Source: Phoronis australis (lineage: Eukaryota > Animalia > Phoronida). From it: DNA of 38,531 nt. Position numbers and translations under genes: made by a program. The stretch is from NCBI GenBank assembly GCA_002633005.1, contig NMRA01000532.1, positions 66,586-105,116 on the forward strand. The letters run 5' to 3'. Positions 22,901 through 33,595 of the stretch are shown in pieces (position 1 is the stretch's first letter; every line of letters starts with the position of its first letter). The notes under the pieces were generated by a model. That model saw only the letters and a program-made list of their open reading frames with translations. It did not search any database and was not told the origin of the DNA.

Positions 22901-25900
22901 GTTTTTAACTGTAGTGTCAAACATTTAATAATAATTTTAAGAGTAGTATTGTGCTGTGACATCATACCACTAAGAACTAAAAGTGCACTTTGCGCTTGCA
23001 TAAATGTACGAGTCGTATCAATCCGCACATCAGTGTCAACCACCGGGTTTCAATTCAAGTTATGTTTTTGGTTATGATGCGTTGATTTTTACAGTTCAAA
23101 GACTTAACCAAGTTAACTTTTTGCTGAAAGTCATCATACAAAGTATTTAAAAAACATCATTTCTTAAATTTATCTAGAAATTCTACTCGTGTTACGGATG
23201 AGATGAGATAACTCTTAATAAAGCCTTGCTCAGCATACACAAGTGGTATATCCAGCAGTTGGCGCCTTCGACCTTCAAATGCTGCAATGTGATATCAATT
23301 TGAGGCTGTGTGGAAATATTACACAGATGTCAAATATAGGAATTAGTGAGAAACGAGGATTTTACTTTTTTGGGAGATAGCTGTACGCGCTCAAATTTTC
23401 TGCAGTTATTGTTAACGAAAGACATGCGGCTCTAGGCACTTTTTGTGTATGAATAAATGATGATTCATTGTGATGTATAACATGCACAAAAATTGTTTAA
23501 TTGGGGATTTCAACTGTTGTATTTGCCAAACTTGGGTGCTGCAATTTTAATAGGACTAGAGTAATAACTAACGACCAGTTACCTACTTGTGATTATCATC
23601 GCTTTATCCATTAATATTGTCCACAGTCATTCAGCTAAACACCCAACACAAGGTTTTAAGAAATTTCACTTTCAAGTGGCAATGTTTTTTACACTTTGGG
23701 TGGTTTAACGATTGTCTACACCTTGCTGGGATATATTACACTGATGGGCTACAACTGGAATGCTTAAGGGACATTATCGACGAAGGAAATAGTTTTGTGA
23801 GATCAGCTTCAACATGGAATTGAATCTGGAATTCCGGTGGTCGTAGTTAAGTGTGCTGCTGACTGACGTAATCCTGTTCAACAAATGGCAAAGTTAATGT
23901 ATCTAACAAGCACAGTCAAAGGTCTTGTAACTGATCAAAGCATATAATTTAAGGAAGTGTAGCCCTGGTGCAAGAATCTCAAAAATGTGTCTTTCAACTG
24001 TAAACTGATAATACCCCTTTAAGACATAGAGTATAACACATGCAGATAGTAGAAAAAATATCTTTTACTGATATATGGGTAGACAAGTACTGTGCCCGTC
24101 CATATTTTCAATTTTATGTGTACCCAGGAATATCAGTATTCTTTACGTGCTGCAGCTATGTTTTCTTATTTTTTTGCTGGGCTGTTTTCATTTTTGTGTG
24201 CTCTGTTACTGTTACATTTTCATGTGTCACGTCAGTGTGTAGCTAGGCGACAAGTCCTGCCTGTCCTGGCAGTAATAGTGCCCCCTGTAGGTGCATTTCA
24301 GTTTTGAATGAAATCCTTGTGCACCAATCCAGTTCTACCCTCTCAATGTGTGGTGCCCCCTACTGAGTATGATGGGTGCATACCCACTCTTTTCAGTAAA
24401 TGTACAGATACTGAGATTATAGCTGTCACAGACATTTCACTTAGACGCATGACAAAACTTTTTTATCCATCATATATTTTTCTCATTTCAGCCCCGGGTC
24501 AAAGTGGTCCTGACCCCGAGTTAGCCGCTGGTCGATACATGTACCCATTTCAGTTCAACTTAATGCCAAACCTTCCATCATCCTTCGAGGGAACATGGGG
24601 CCATGTACGCTACTCCATGAAAGCAACCATTGACAGGCCTTGGAAGTTTGACCACAACACCAAGAGATGTTTCACTGTACTGAGCGTTCTGGACTTGAAC
24701 AGAGAGTCATTGGCCTTGGTAAGGGTGATGATGATGGCTGGATTGGTGATTGCAAGTGGGTCAACCTGCTAAGACATCTGATTGGTTCTTGATCACATGT
24801 TCAGGCTTACAGACCAATCAGATGTCTCAGGTGGTTGACCTTGTGGAACTGTTGATCAAGTCAATGAAGTGCAGCTGTTATGCCACTGCTGTGTAAACAT
24901 GCCTTAACGGTAAAAATTTTTTCATCAAGAAATAAATAGCTGGTGTGTTCTTATTGAAGAGCATGGCCGTGGACGACAGGTCAATTTTAAATCAGTAATG
25001 ACTGTTGCTGTGCCTCCTGGTGCCATTTTTTTGTCTGCCACACAACCTACCAAGTTGTTTGATGGATGTTCACAAAATTTGCCAAATGCATTTCTATCAA
25101 AGATTGGAGTGTTCAAATTTAACCAATGCTGCCACTACATAGCTACCAAGCCCCAAGCCTGGAGGAGGAAAACCCAAGAATACTTAGCTTCAGTGTGGTC
25201 TACACTACTACTCACCTTAGAACAAGTTACTGGGGCAACTTGGCACAGATGTGACAATTTACCCCACCTTATTAACGTAGGGTAAGTTGTAAGTTGTTCT
25301 AGGATAACTTCCCCCCTACAAGTCATAGTGTGGACACAAACCTGCAGACACAGGGGAAGTAATTACCAGCTATGGAATTATCCAGTTTCATGCACTTGGG
25401 AGTCTAATCCTCTTTGCGCAATAATTGTCACATGGTGTAGGGGGATTAGTGTGCACGCTTCGCTAAATAGGGGTAAGCTAGTCTAGGCAAGTTGTGCCAG
25501 GGTAAGTCGTACATAGTGTGGCCATGACACGCACTAATTCTTCACTTATTTCGTACAAAAATTATTGCCAAAATTGTCATTTTGCAATTTTTTCAAAGGA
25601 TGATTACTTCACTGCAAATAACGGAAAACTCGTCAAAAGTTGTTTTGTGACATTTACACAGCACAACCCTTACTAGTAAATTAATACAATAAAATTTTCT
25701 TAATCTTTTTTGGGGGACAAATTTTGCAAAATAGTGGCGACTTCAGGCTCAATGACCAATCAGATGTCTCGGCCGCTTATCCCGGTGGAGCTGGCGAGTA
25801 AGTCAGATGCATCCATTGTTATTTGTAGTTGTCACGTTATTGGTGAATCTTTGTAAAACATTTCTTGCACAAGATCGTTTGATTGAATCGGTTTTGTTCA

Positions 25901-28900
25901 TTTCGAGTACAGTAAATTCTCAAGTTAGACCGGTGAAACTTTATTTTTTCAGAGACGTAACACCAAAGAACTACTTGATCATTTTAACTTCTGTACCACA
26001 ATTACCGTCAGACAATGTTTTTGTATTCACAACTATTATGTAAGAAGGTTTTGAAATAAACAAAAAACTTATATTAGGTGTATTTGTGCAAATGTGTGTC
26101 CAAAATTGGTGAGATTTTATCTCAGTGTTGTAAGACTGTTCCTAAATATTTCCTAAATCGATGGAATACTTACAAACATACAAAATATTGCACTACGGTG
26201 TGTCTGTTGTAGAACCCACAGGAAAATTCTGACGAGAAGGTCCTCTGTTGTCTGTGTTGTGCATCTGGACCCATCACTGCGAGGATTTCAATCCCGCGGA
26301 CAGGCTATGTTCCAGGAGAGTCCATTACTGTCAACGCTCATATACGGAACATGAGTTCACGTAAAATGGACAAGAGCAGTCTTAAGCTTAGTCAGGTTGG
26401 TCTACAAAATGACGTCTTCCATCACTAAAAGTAACTGTTGGTAGAGACCACTTACCATTGTACAATTAATCTCAAATTGTTCCTTAGTCAAATTAGATAT
26501 GATTTCAGTACTCAAATACATTAAAAGGAGATTATTGGTTGACATCAGCTCGTCACGGCGTGTCATTTCACGAACTGAGCACGGTCTCTAGAAATAACAA
26601 ATTGTCAGTTCTTTGCAAAACCGAATGTCATTTCTCATCTCATCTGAATATGGAACAAGTTGAAACAATTTTTTAGAGGTAAGTAATCGAACGTCTGCTG
26701 CTTGGCTGGAATGTAAGCTTGGAGCCACTTGAAATGAATTAAATGACAATCAAATTATTAAATGACAATCAATTTATTAATCAAATTATTAAATTGCAGG
26801 CATTCAATGCAGTTTAGGTCAAGAAATGATCAATTTTGTTATGCACTCACATATTTATATGTGGGTACATATTGCCGTCATCTCTGGGTGTCCGGGCGTC
26901 TGGGTGTCTGGGCGTCTGGCATCCGGCATCCCCGGCTGTATCTCTTAAACCTCTTGCAGGATATTATTGAAATTTGGCAGGTGTGATCCAATGGGGTTGA
27001 CGGCATAGGCCGACAAGTTTCGGAATGACCCAAATACCACTGTGCCCCTAGTGGCAGTTTCAGTTTTGTATGTTTGCCTCTGTATCTTCAAAGGTCCTCA
27101 ACCAATTTTCATGAAATTTGGCACTATCCTCCCGTTTAAGATCACTTTCACCCAAAAAATACCAATTAATCAAAACAGATGCATTATGTCTTGGTTCTCT
27201 GGTGTCCGTTGACAAATGGTTTTAGAGACTCTTTGCTTCATGATAGATAATTGGCCTGCGAGTCACCATGCTGGACACAAGAACACTGGAATGCTTAACA
27301 ATGGACAAGATTGATATCTGGGTGCAGACTCAGATTATAACCATTGTTGTCTGGAGCTTCAACCAAACAGGAGGTTTTTGTAATGCATTTTGCAATGGGT
27401 ATGGATGATTTGTAGCTGTTAAGATCTCAACAACACAAAGCGCGCAGTGTGTTTACTTTTATGACCCAGTTACTTTGTTTATCGACTGGGGAACACAGGA
27501 TGGTAAATGAATGCTTCCTATAGCTCTGCAGCCAGTCTTTGCTGCTTTGCCATACAGTAGGTTGACTTGGCTCGTCCACAGGCCAAATATAATCTGACAA
27601 AATTCCGTTTGCTGGACATGTTGGGTTATGGTCCTGTTGTGGTCATGCATTCAGCTCCTGGGGTCTTCTTACTCGAAATGGAACTCTAAATTATTTCTTG
27701 GCATTTTCTATTCTACTTCACTACGAGCTAAAGATAAGTTTCTTTTATTCCGTGCTCGAGTACATGATGGCTTGCGTGGATAACTAGTGAATGTACCTGA
27801 TGACCTCAGCTAAACTTTTGTCTGTGAGCTTGAAATCTCGAGGTTTTATTCAAGGCCATAGCTCGAATCTAGGGGTCATCAAGTGCGAACTTTGACCAGA
27901 AACTCAAATGTATAAACAATAATTAAATGTACTTGAACACAGATTAATAGACACTCGCCCTGAATTTGAACAATTAGAACAGAAAATGTCAAATGTAGTT
28001 TCGATTTTGAGTTGTGACAAGAGACTACACTAAAGCACGCAGTTGTCGGGACGATCAATATTTGTCTGTGTTGTTATTGGCCAACCAGAGGTCTTATACA
28101 GTCTAAATACTGCTGAAGTATGCTGAGGTAGATGAATAAGAGAGTTGGATTAACCTAGTACTCGAATCAGCGATAATAAGGTAATTTCATGATAGGGCAA
28201 AACACTTCAGAAATGTACATAATACCGCAATCCTAATCTGTAGTTACCTACCTTGTCAGCAAATAGCCTTCCATGCGACGACAAAGACCCGCTGGACCAA
28301 CAACTTGGTGGCTTCCATGGTGAAGGGGGAGATCGCGCCCAACTCTGACGATGAATGGGTCAACGCCCAGCTCAAAATACCTCCTCTTCCACCCTCCAAA
28401 CTTGTTGGTTGCAACATCATCGACATTAACTACACCCTCACGGTGAGGCCAAGCTTTGTTTCCTAGACGATGTGATATAATCTTGCCAGATTGGGACAAG
28501 AATAACTGAAGCCATAGTTGATCATCTTTTTTTCATTCTTCATAGACTTCTAACATTCTTGTTGTAAACGTCCATATACAATTTCTGAAAAACATTGTCT
28601 GATTGTAGTGTGGTGCCACCTATCAGTTATAACGATGTTAAGCCACTGTTATTTGTCTTGTTTTTAGTTAATCACGTGTCTGCCGTCTGCCTTAAGTTAA
28701 TACGGTATTTTATTCACAGTAGCAATGGCATAGATCTTCAAAATAATAGCAGTCGTTTGGTGCTACTTAAGTTTTATGAAAATTAATGGAAGATTTGGCT
28801 TTGAGCCTAATTTAATCGTTAATTGGGGAGATTTTACATTCATTTGTTTATTACAGAACTATTAAAAGGTTGATCACCAGTATTCCTCAGTCATATCTGC

Positions 28901-30701
28901 ACATCCTGAGGCTGTTGATTAGTCTTGTGAGACAACTCTCTTTATCTGTTAGTGTATCCAAACTTGGCTATTTAGAATGCACAAGGGTTAGTAAAACAAT
29001 TATCTTCTCAGTCAAGACCAGAAACCCTTTCTTAACCTGTGTTTACTTACACAGTTGGAAGACTGAGGGAAGAGTTCACAAAGAACTATTTTCACACACT
29101 TTGCCTGTATTTCCAAATCCCTGTTGTGTGTGGATTACAGCCATAATTTACGACCATCTGCAAAATTCTGAGCCACTATGAGGACTAGTTACCATCTCAA
29201 AGCCCAAAATTCGTCACTGGAGCAACAAATTTCTGTTTCATAAACTGAACCAAAGCTGAAAAGTTGAGGGTTTCAGGTTTATGATTAACCATTTCAGCCC
29301 TAGCTAAAGATGTGACTTTTCCCCATCACTTTACATTTAATCACCCTTATCTCATTTCAGCTTGAAGTTGATCCATCTGGTCCAAGTCTTGACCTTGACA
29401 TTCCTGTCGGAATCCTAATCGGCACCATACCTCCGCAGGCTGTCGTCGCCGCTTACTATGCTGGGGGTAACTACGACCTGCAGCATGCCCGACCTCCCCC
29501 TGTCTCTCACCCTACAGCCCCGCCCCCGCAGCCTACTGCTCCTCCAATGGCGGGACCATCAGATGACAGCATCCGTAAGTAATCTCGCCATTGTACAGTG
29601 AAGTTAACTATACACTGTGTGGTGTTAGTATTGTGGATTTCTTGTAAAGCACCCCCTGTGGGAGATTGGCCACATGAATAATAGATGGAGATGACTCATT
29701 GCATTACAACACAATATAGAGGGGCAGAAATGCACATGTGGGAGCATGAATCATGAAAATCCCTGGAAACTAGGTCACTAGGTCACTTGGAGTCCAAGGG
29801 AATCTTTGGTGGTGGCATCATCAATTTTTTAAATGGAGAAAGGGAGGGAAAGAGAACTTTTTATTTAATCAGATACAAATATACAATACGAAACAAAGAG
29901 TAATAAATGAAGGAGTGTAATGTACAAATAAGAATACAATAACGACTGCTATCGTATATGAACATATTTCTTTTCATTTAAATGGCACATATGTAACATT
30001 TTAATGCCGCGTGGAAAAACCACATTTTAGCGTTTGTGGCAGATGATACTTAAAGTGATTAGTTTTAATCATTCATTTTTTTGAACATGAGCACATATTT
30101 AGGCCCATTCATCTGTATCTGAAACAATGCGCTTTCTATTAAGTTATACTGAGGCTGCTTTGCCAGGTCAAAAATGGTTAAGATATATGAATGAAACAGA
30201 GTCTCAGGTTTATGGTCTCTTGGAAATTTCGTCAAAATCCCGAGGCTTGCCGATGTCAGGAGTAAAAGAAGAAATGACAGGCTTGCATTGATCAATAATA
30301 GCTGTATCATACATGTGCACCTTAACTCAAATCACTCAACACACACAGTGACATGACTGGTTGTTACTTTGACTATAAGGAGAGATAGCCGTTTTTACTT
30401 GGGGAAAAATGTATTTTGCGGAGTTACCTAGAATGCACTGCATTGCGTACAAGCACCCTCTTGAGGTGTGTTATCATTTAAGCTGACTGTTTCTATCAAG
30501 GATTGGTACTTATGAGTATTCGCTGATTGCAGACGTTTAGTAATATTGTATTATTTTCCAGTCGCTCCACCGCCATCTTATGAGTCATGTGTGTCTGGTC
30601 CTATCAATGTACGAGATGAAGGTGACAATGACTATACAATGGGCAATTTGGAGTATACACCAGCGTATACGTACTATGACTGGAACAAGCATACTGTATA
30701 G
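13860..30701 (+). CDS. ARRDC3-like: Alpha-arrestin / arrestin domain-containing protein, spliced gene with 7 coding exons (13860-13977, 20896-21042, 24492-24718, 26213-26395, 28260-28442, 29361-29574, 30562-30701), 403 aa
   Basis: Exon lengths 118+147+227+183+183+214+140=1212 nt give an uninterrupted frame from ATG to TAG with GT..AG introns. The translation contains alpha-arrestin hallmarks: GKAYVHWTE, YPFQFNL..LPSSFEGTWGHVRY..KATIDRPWKFD, CCASGPI...TGYVPGE, IPPLPPS...CNIIDINY, IGTIP and a PPSY tail. Orthology to a specific vertebrate ARRDC is not established. Confidence 0.95.
14215..14332. repeat. 118-bp imperfect palindrome (fold-back, MITE-like) in intron 1
   Basis: Left arm CACTGGTCGGACATAGCGGTCCC...GAACCAG...CACTAAATAAC pairs with right arm GTTATTCAGTG...CTGGTTC...GGGTCCGCTGTATCCGACCTGTG. 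Confidence 0.8.
16749..18534 (-). mobile_element. Complete non-autonomous Helentron-associated (HINE/DINE-1-like) element with central higher-order tandem repeats
   Basis: 5' end: perfect 14-bp hairpin TATGCGCCCACATA-taag-TATGTGGGCGCATA (18503-18534) next to a T-rich flank and a GGCGTC/GTCC-like simple tract. Centre: 11 subunits of ~150 bp in a ~450-bp period. 3' end (minus strand): subTIR-like ATGGGTGCAT, short imperfect palindrome, CTCTTGT. No TSD seen. Confidence 0.8.
18864..20730. repeat. Long diverged inverted repeat in intron 1 (arms 18864-19148 and 20428-20730)
   Basis: Collinear reverse-complement blocks: GTTTTGGCC, TTCCCATCCAGTTCT, GAGCAAAATTTG, CAACTGTAGG, CATAATGTCCAAT, CATTAGCAGGT. 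Confidence 0.8.
19931..20030. repeat. 20-bp minisatellite, 5 copies (CAArTATGTCCTCCCTAAAA)
   Basis: Direct reading of five tandem units. Confidence 0.95.
20896..21042 (+). CDS. ARRDC-like coding exon 2 (GIRLQFHGKAYVHWTETHSTGSGKNRRTHTRHYSASEIYFDQLVVLFGK)
   Basis: Acceptor ctattttcag|, donor AAG|GTGAGT, 147 nt, phase 1-1. Confidence 0.93.
24492..24718 (+). CDS. ARRDC-like coding exon 3 (APGQSGPDPELAAGRYMYPFQF...LDLNRESLAL)
   Basis: Acceptor tctcatttcag|, donor TTG|GTAAGG; lies inside supplied ORF 24308-24772; LPSSFEG/GHVRY/IDRPWKFD motifs. Confidence 0.95.
24759..24840. repeat. 82-nt hairpin (28-bp arms, 25/28 complementary, 26-nt loop) just inside intron 3
   Basis: GGTCAACCTGCTAAGACATCTGATTGGT ... 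ACCAATCAGATGTCTCAGGTGGTTGACC. Confidence 0.85.
25196..25525. mobile_element. Degenerate MITE-like element with GTCTACACTA / TAGTGTGG termini
   Basis: GGTCTACACTAC at left; ATAGTGTGGACAC and ATAGTGTGGCC at right; repeated internal GGTAAGTT/AACTT motifs. Confidence 0.45.
25533..25730 (-). mobile_element. Diverged second copy of the MITE found in the 3' UTR (30740-30989), opposite orientation
   Basis: TAATTCTTCACTTA...TTGCCAAAAT.GTCA...TGCAAATAA...TTGTTTT.TG.C.T.TACACAG.ACA.CCC shared with the reverse complement of ~30850-30990. Confidence 0.7.
26213..26395 (+). CDS. ARRDC-like coding exon 4 (NPQENSDEKVLCCLCCASGPITARISIPRTGYVPGESITVNAHIRNMSSRKMDKSSLKLSQ)
   Basis: Acceptor tctgttgtag|, donor CAG|GTTGGT, 183 nt phase 0-0; start of arrestin C-domain. 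Confidence 0.93.
26840..27137 (+). mobile_element. 5' portion of the Helentron/HINE-like family in intron 4
   Basis: Degenerate head hairpin ATGCACTCACATA-ttta-TATGTGGGTACAT, ATTGCCGTCATCT, GGGTGTC/GGGCGTC repeats, TGCCCCTAGTGGCA; reverse-complement similarity to ~18270-18534. Confidence 0.85.
28260..28442 (+). CDS. ARRDC-like coding exon 5 (QIAFHATTKTRW...IPPLPPSKLVGCNIIDINYTLT)
   Basis: Acceptor ccttgtcag|, donor ACG|GTGAGG, 183 nt phase 0-0; conserved IPPLPPS..C.II.I.Y motif. Confidence 0.93.
29361..29574 (+). CDS. ARRDC-like coding exon 6 (LEVDPSGPSLDLDIPVGILIGTIP...HPTAPPPQPTAPPMAGPSDDSI)
   Basis: Acceptor ctcatttcag|, donor C|GTAAGT, phase 0-1; IGTIP end of arrestin C-domain followed by Pro-rich tail. 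Confidence 0.92.
29858..30330 (-). mobile_element. Probable decayed L1/Tx1-like LINE 3' end in intron 6
   Basis: Minus-strand ORF remnant (..SLGILTKF..ETLFHSYILTIFDLAK..VLMFKKM) resembling LINE ORF2 C-termini, followed by a T-rich UTR ending in AAATAAAAA. Confidence 0.45.
30562..30701 (+). CDS. ARRDC-like terminal coding exon 7 (LAPPPSYESCVSGPINVRDEGDNDYTMGNLEYTPAYTYYDWNKHTV*)
   Basis: Acceptor ttattttccag|, PPSY (PPxY) motif, TAG at 30699-30701. Confidence 0.9.
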
Positions 30702-30739
30702 TGAGCACGTGATCAATTTAGAATGGGCAATTTAGAGTA

Positions 30740-30989
30740 TGGTAAATTGTCACTTATTTAGCACACAGTATGGCGGATCAGAGAAATTCTGTTTTGTTGA
30801 ATTTCTCCACAACAATAAGGATTCAGGAAATTTTAGTCAACTACGTGCATGGGCTGTACTGTGTAGACGCCATAAAACAAGATTTGTTGAAACTTTTATT
30901 ATTTGCAAAAAGGTTACCAGCGTTTGAAAAATGGAAAAAAGTGACCATTTTGGCAACTACCATTGTGCAAAGTAAGCGAAGAATTACTG
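30740..30989 (+). mobile_element. ~250-bp MITE with degenerate TIRs inserted at a TA in the ARRDC-like 3' UTR
   Basis: Left TGGTAAATTGTCACTTATTTAGCACA vs reverse-complemented right CAGTAATTCTTCGCTTACTTTGCACA (18/26); interrupts a duplicated copy of the exon 7 end; second copy in intron 3. Confidence 0.7.
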
Positions 30990-32849
30990 TGTACACCAGC
31001 GTACACGTACTGTGTGTCAAACAATCATACAGATTACGGATAATTACAGTGTAGTTTGTAGTTTTGGTATTTACACCTGTGTACTGATGATTTCTAAGCC
31101 TTCACCAAGAAAGAATCATGGGGATTTTACACAAGGGTTGAAAAGAACCCCCCCGTCGGAATCATTTTGACGTCTGGCTTAGAGCACACAAAAATGTGGA
31201 CACAGTGTCACGATTTTCTCAGGTTTGGGTCCTTAATAGGACGTCAAAATATTCAGAGTTACTTATCAACTCAGGTGTCACTATGCTTCTGACAAAGTGA
31301 AAACTTCTTACGACATTCCCTTCAAGTCCACTTACAAGTGGAGATGAAGAGCCCCACCATCTGGGGTTGTTTTCAGGTGCTAAATCACTTTTTGGTAAAT
31401 GAAGACCCTAGGGGCACTTTCATACGTGCATGGTACTATACAATTGACAAACAATTGTAAAATGTTAAAAAATGTGTGATGAAAACCCTATTACAGTGCC
31501 TTTTACTACCATTTATCTAGTGACCAAAGAGTGTCATGTGTTATGTCTTTTTATATAAGGTATGGACCATTTACCTTGAATTGTGCTTTTTTATTAGTAG
31601 GTAAGTAAACCCTTCCTACTGAATCTTGTCAAACAGTCTACATCTTTCAACCTGGGAAATACAACATGTTCGCTTTTGCTGGTCGCCATGATTTCCACTG
31701 AATTTCTATTTACGTGACTACTGTTTTCTAAACTGAGTATTGAAATGTAAAAGCTAATTTTGTATTTTATCAAGTTAAGATATTGGTCCGTGGGTACTAA
31801 TCGTAATCTCAAAGTTTGTTCATTTACGTTGTATGAAATCCCCAAACTGCCCAATTTTGACATTTATCCATGCCTAAAACTTCTGAATTGCCTCACTTTT
31901 ATTGTATGGCCGGGCTCATCTTGTTTATTATCGCCCTTTAACCAACAATTTGTTATTGTTTATATCTGTGCTGAGAGTTGTGTACCTCAAAAAAAAAAAG
32001 TTTTGATATTTGGCCACTGATATCAACACAGGATATCTTGAGGTGTTTTACTGTCAACATTTGTGATTGTGGTGAAAGAGAAACCGGACACTGGTGAAAG
32101 GTGTTTGTGACGTAAAGCAAACTGGGAATGTTGGCGATTTAAAAGCGCTATAACAACCAGCCTTGTGTCAAATACTGATTTGATTCTGACCCCTTGCGCT
32201 TATTTAACTGGTCGCAACTTGTTGCTTTAGCAGATTATAGATTCTGAGATGATTTCTGGCAAGGACTGACTGACCGTAGTTCATGCTGGGACTCAGGCAA
32301 TGGCAGCTTTTGGTGCATGCTTATTAACAGCTGGAGACAATTATGCAAATGGTCACTATAACAGACCAAAACTAGCCAGTATGATGCTGTTTACAAGTCA
32401 TCATATCATGTTTTAATCTAAATTATTTACGATTCTCAAAACATTCATAGACACATATTTGCATGTTTGTTATTAATGTTTTACTGAAAATGATCTTTAT
32501 TTTGAATAATTTTATTGTTCACTGGTTACTTCCTTTATATCTAGTATGTCTGTGTGAAATGTACCCTCTGTTACTGGGTTAGTCTAGTTTGAGCACAACT
32601 TGTGTTTTGTAAACAAGCTTTGAATGTTAGGCTCTAGGTTTGCCTTTCCGTTATGCAGTTGTACCTCAATCTTTCACAGTGGCTAGCAAACCCACCTTCT
32701 CAAAAAGAGTTCAAACCACTAACCATTATAAAACTGGTCTCAGTGAGCCTGTTCCTTTCTCAGATGAGAAGTGATTTTTGGTCTTGCAAAGAGCTGAAAG
32801 TTTGTTATTGCTCTAGTCCACTATGTGAGGAGGAAATGTCTAGAATCTT

Positions 32850-33080
32850 GGGCCGTTCCAAGAAATCTGACTTGGCTGGGACAAATCTTAAAAATGCAGT
32901 CACTTTAAGATAAAACTTCAAGACTGCCTCAAGAAAGAGAACTCAAGTTTGACTTAAGTCTTTGAGTTTTTAGTTTTGTCTTAATTTTGACTATATTACC
33001 GGATGAGGAATTTTGGAAGTTGGGACAAATCTTAGACTTAAGCCAAAGATGAACTTAAGCCAGTTTCTTGGAAAGGGCCC
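32850..33080. mobile_element. MITE with GGGCC-type TIRs (PIF/Harbinger-like), copy 2
   Basis: GGGCCGTTCCAAGAAA ... TTTCTTGGAAAGGGCCC followed by CAG; internal GGGACAAATCTTA and CTTAAG repeats related to 12691-12878. Confidence 0.75.
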
Positions 33081-33589
33081 CAGATCTTGAAGGATTAATA
33101 ATCAAATAGCAGTTCTTTCAAAGCCTTAAAATCACCCACAATTTGACTTTGAACAGTTTGGGACCACTAACTTCAAGTGGTCTTAAATCAAAGGGAGGTT
33201 TTCTAACGGGGAGCTTGTTATTACCGCTTTAATTGTATACCCATATGTTAATGTTATGCATGTATTTTTAATGACATATTTAATGAATGTGTAGATATCT
33301 ATAATGGCCACCTTTCTTCTCTGAAATTCAATGGGAAAATAGGGCTTCGGGTGCAAGCTTGCTCTAAATCTGCATGTGCCAGTCGACTTAGAAAACGTGG
33401 CTGAAGTTGTTTCTTACCAATTTCAAATGATTGGGTTTGGGAAAACCTCGAAACTAGCCACGCACTGGTTTCTTGGGAGACTGGTTGTTCGTTAGGCCTA
33501 CTGGCCGACGCGACTACCGTCCGAGTTGGTTGTACCATAGATACTAGCTATGGTTGTACTATGCGGCATGTATATTTAGTTTTTAGCAT

Positions 33590-33595
33590 AATAAA
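33590..33595 (+). promoter_or_regulatory. Candidate polyadenylation signal of the ARRDC-like gene (implies ~2.9-kb 3' UTR)
   Basis: First AATAAA I could find downstream of the stop codon by eye. Confidence 0.35.

Noticed and set aside
22673-23077. 134-aa hydrophobic ORF in intron 2
   Set aside because: Composition reflects T-rich intron sequence, with no domain motifs or splice support
24308-24772. 154-aa ORF as a stand-alone gene
   Set aside because: Only 24492-24718 is arrestin-like and it is bounded by splice sites; the flanks are intronic read-through
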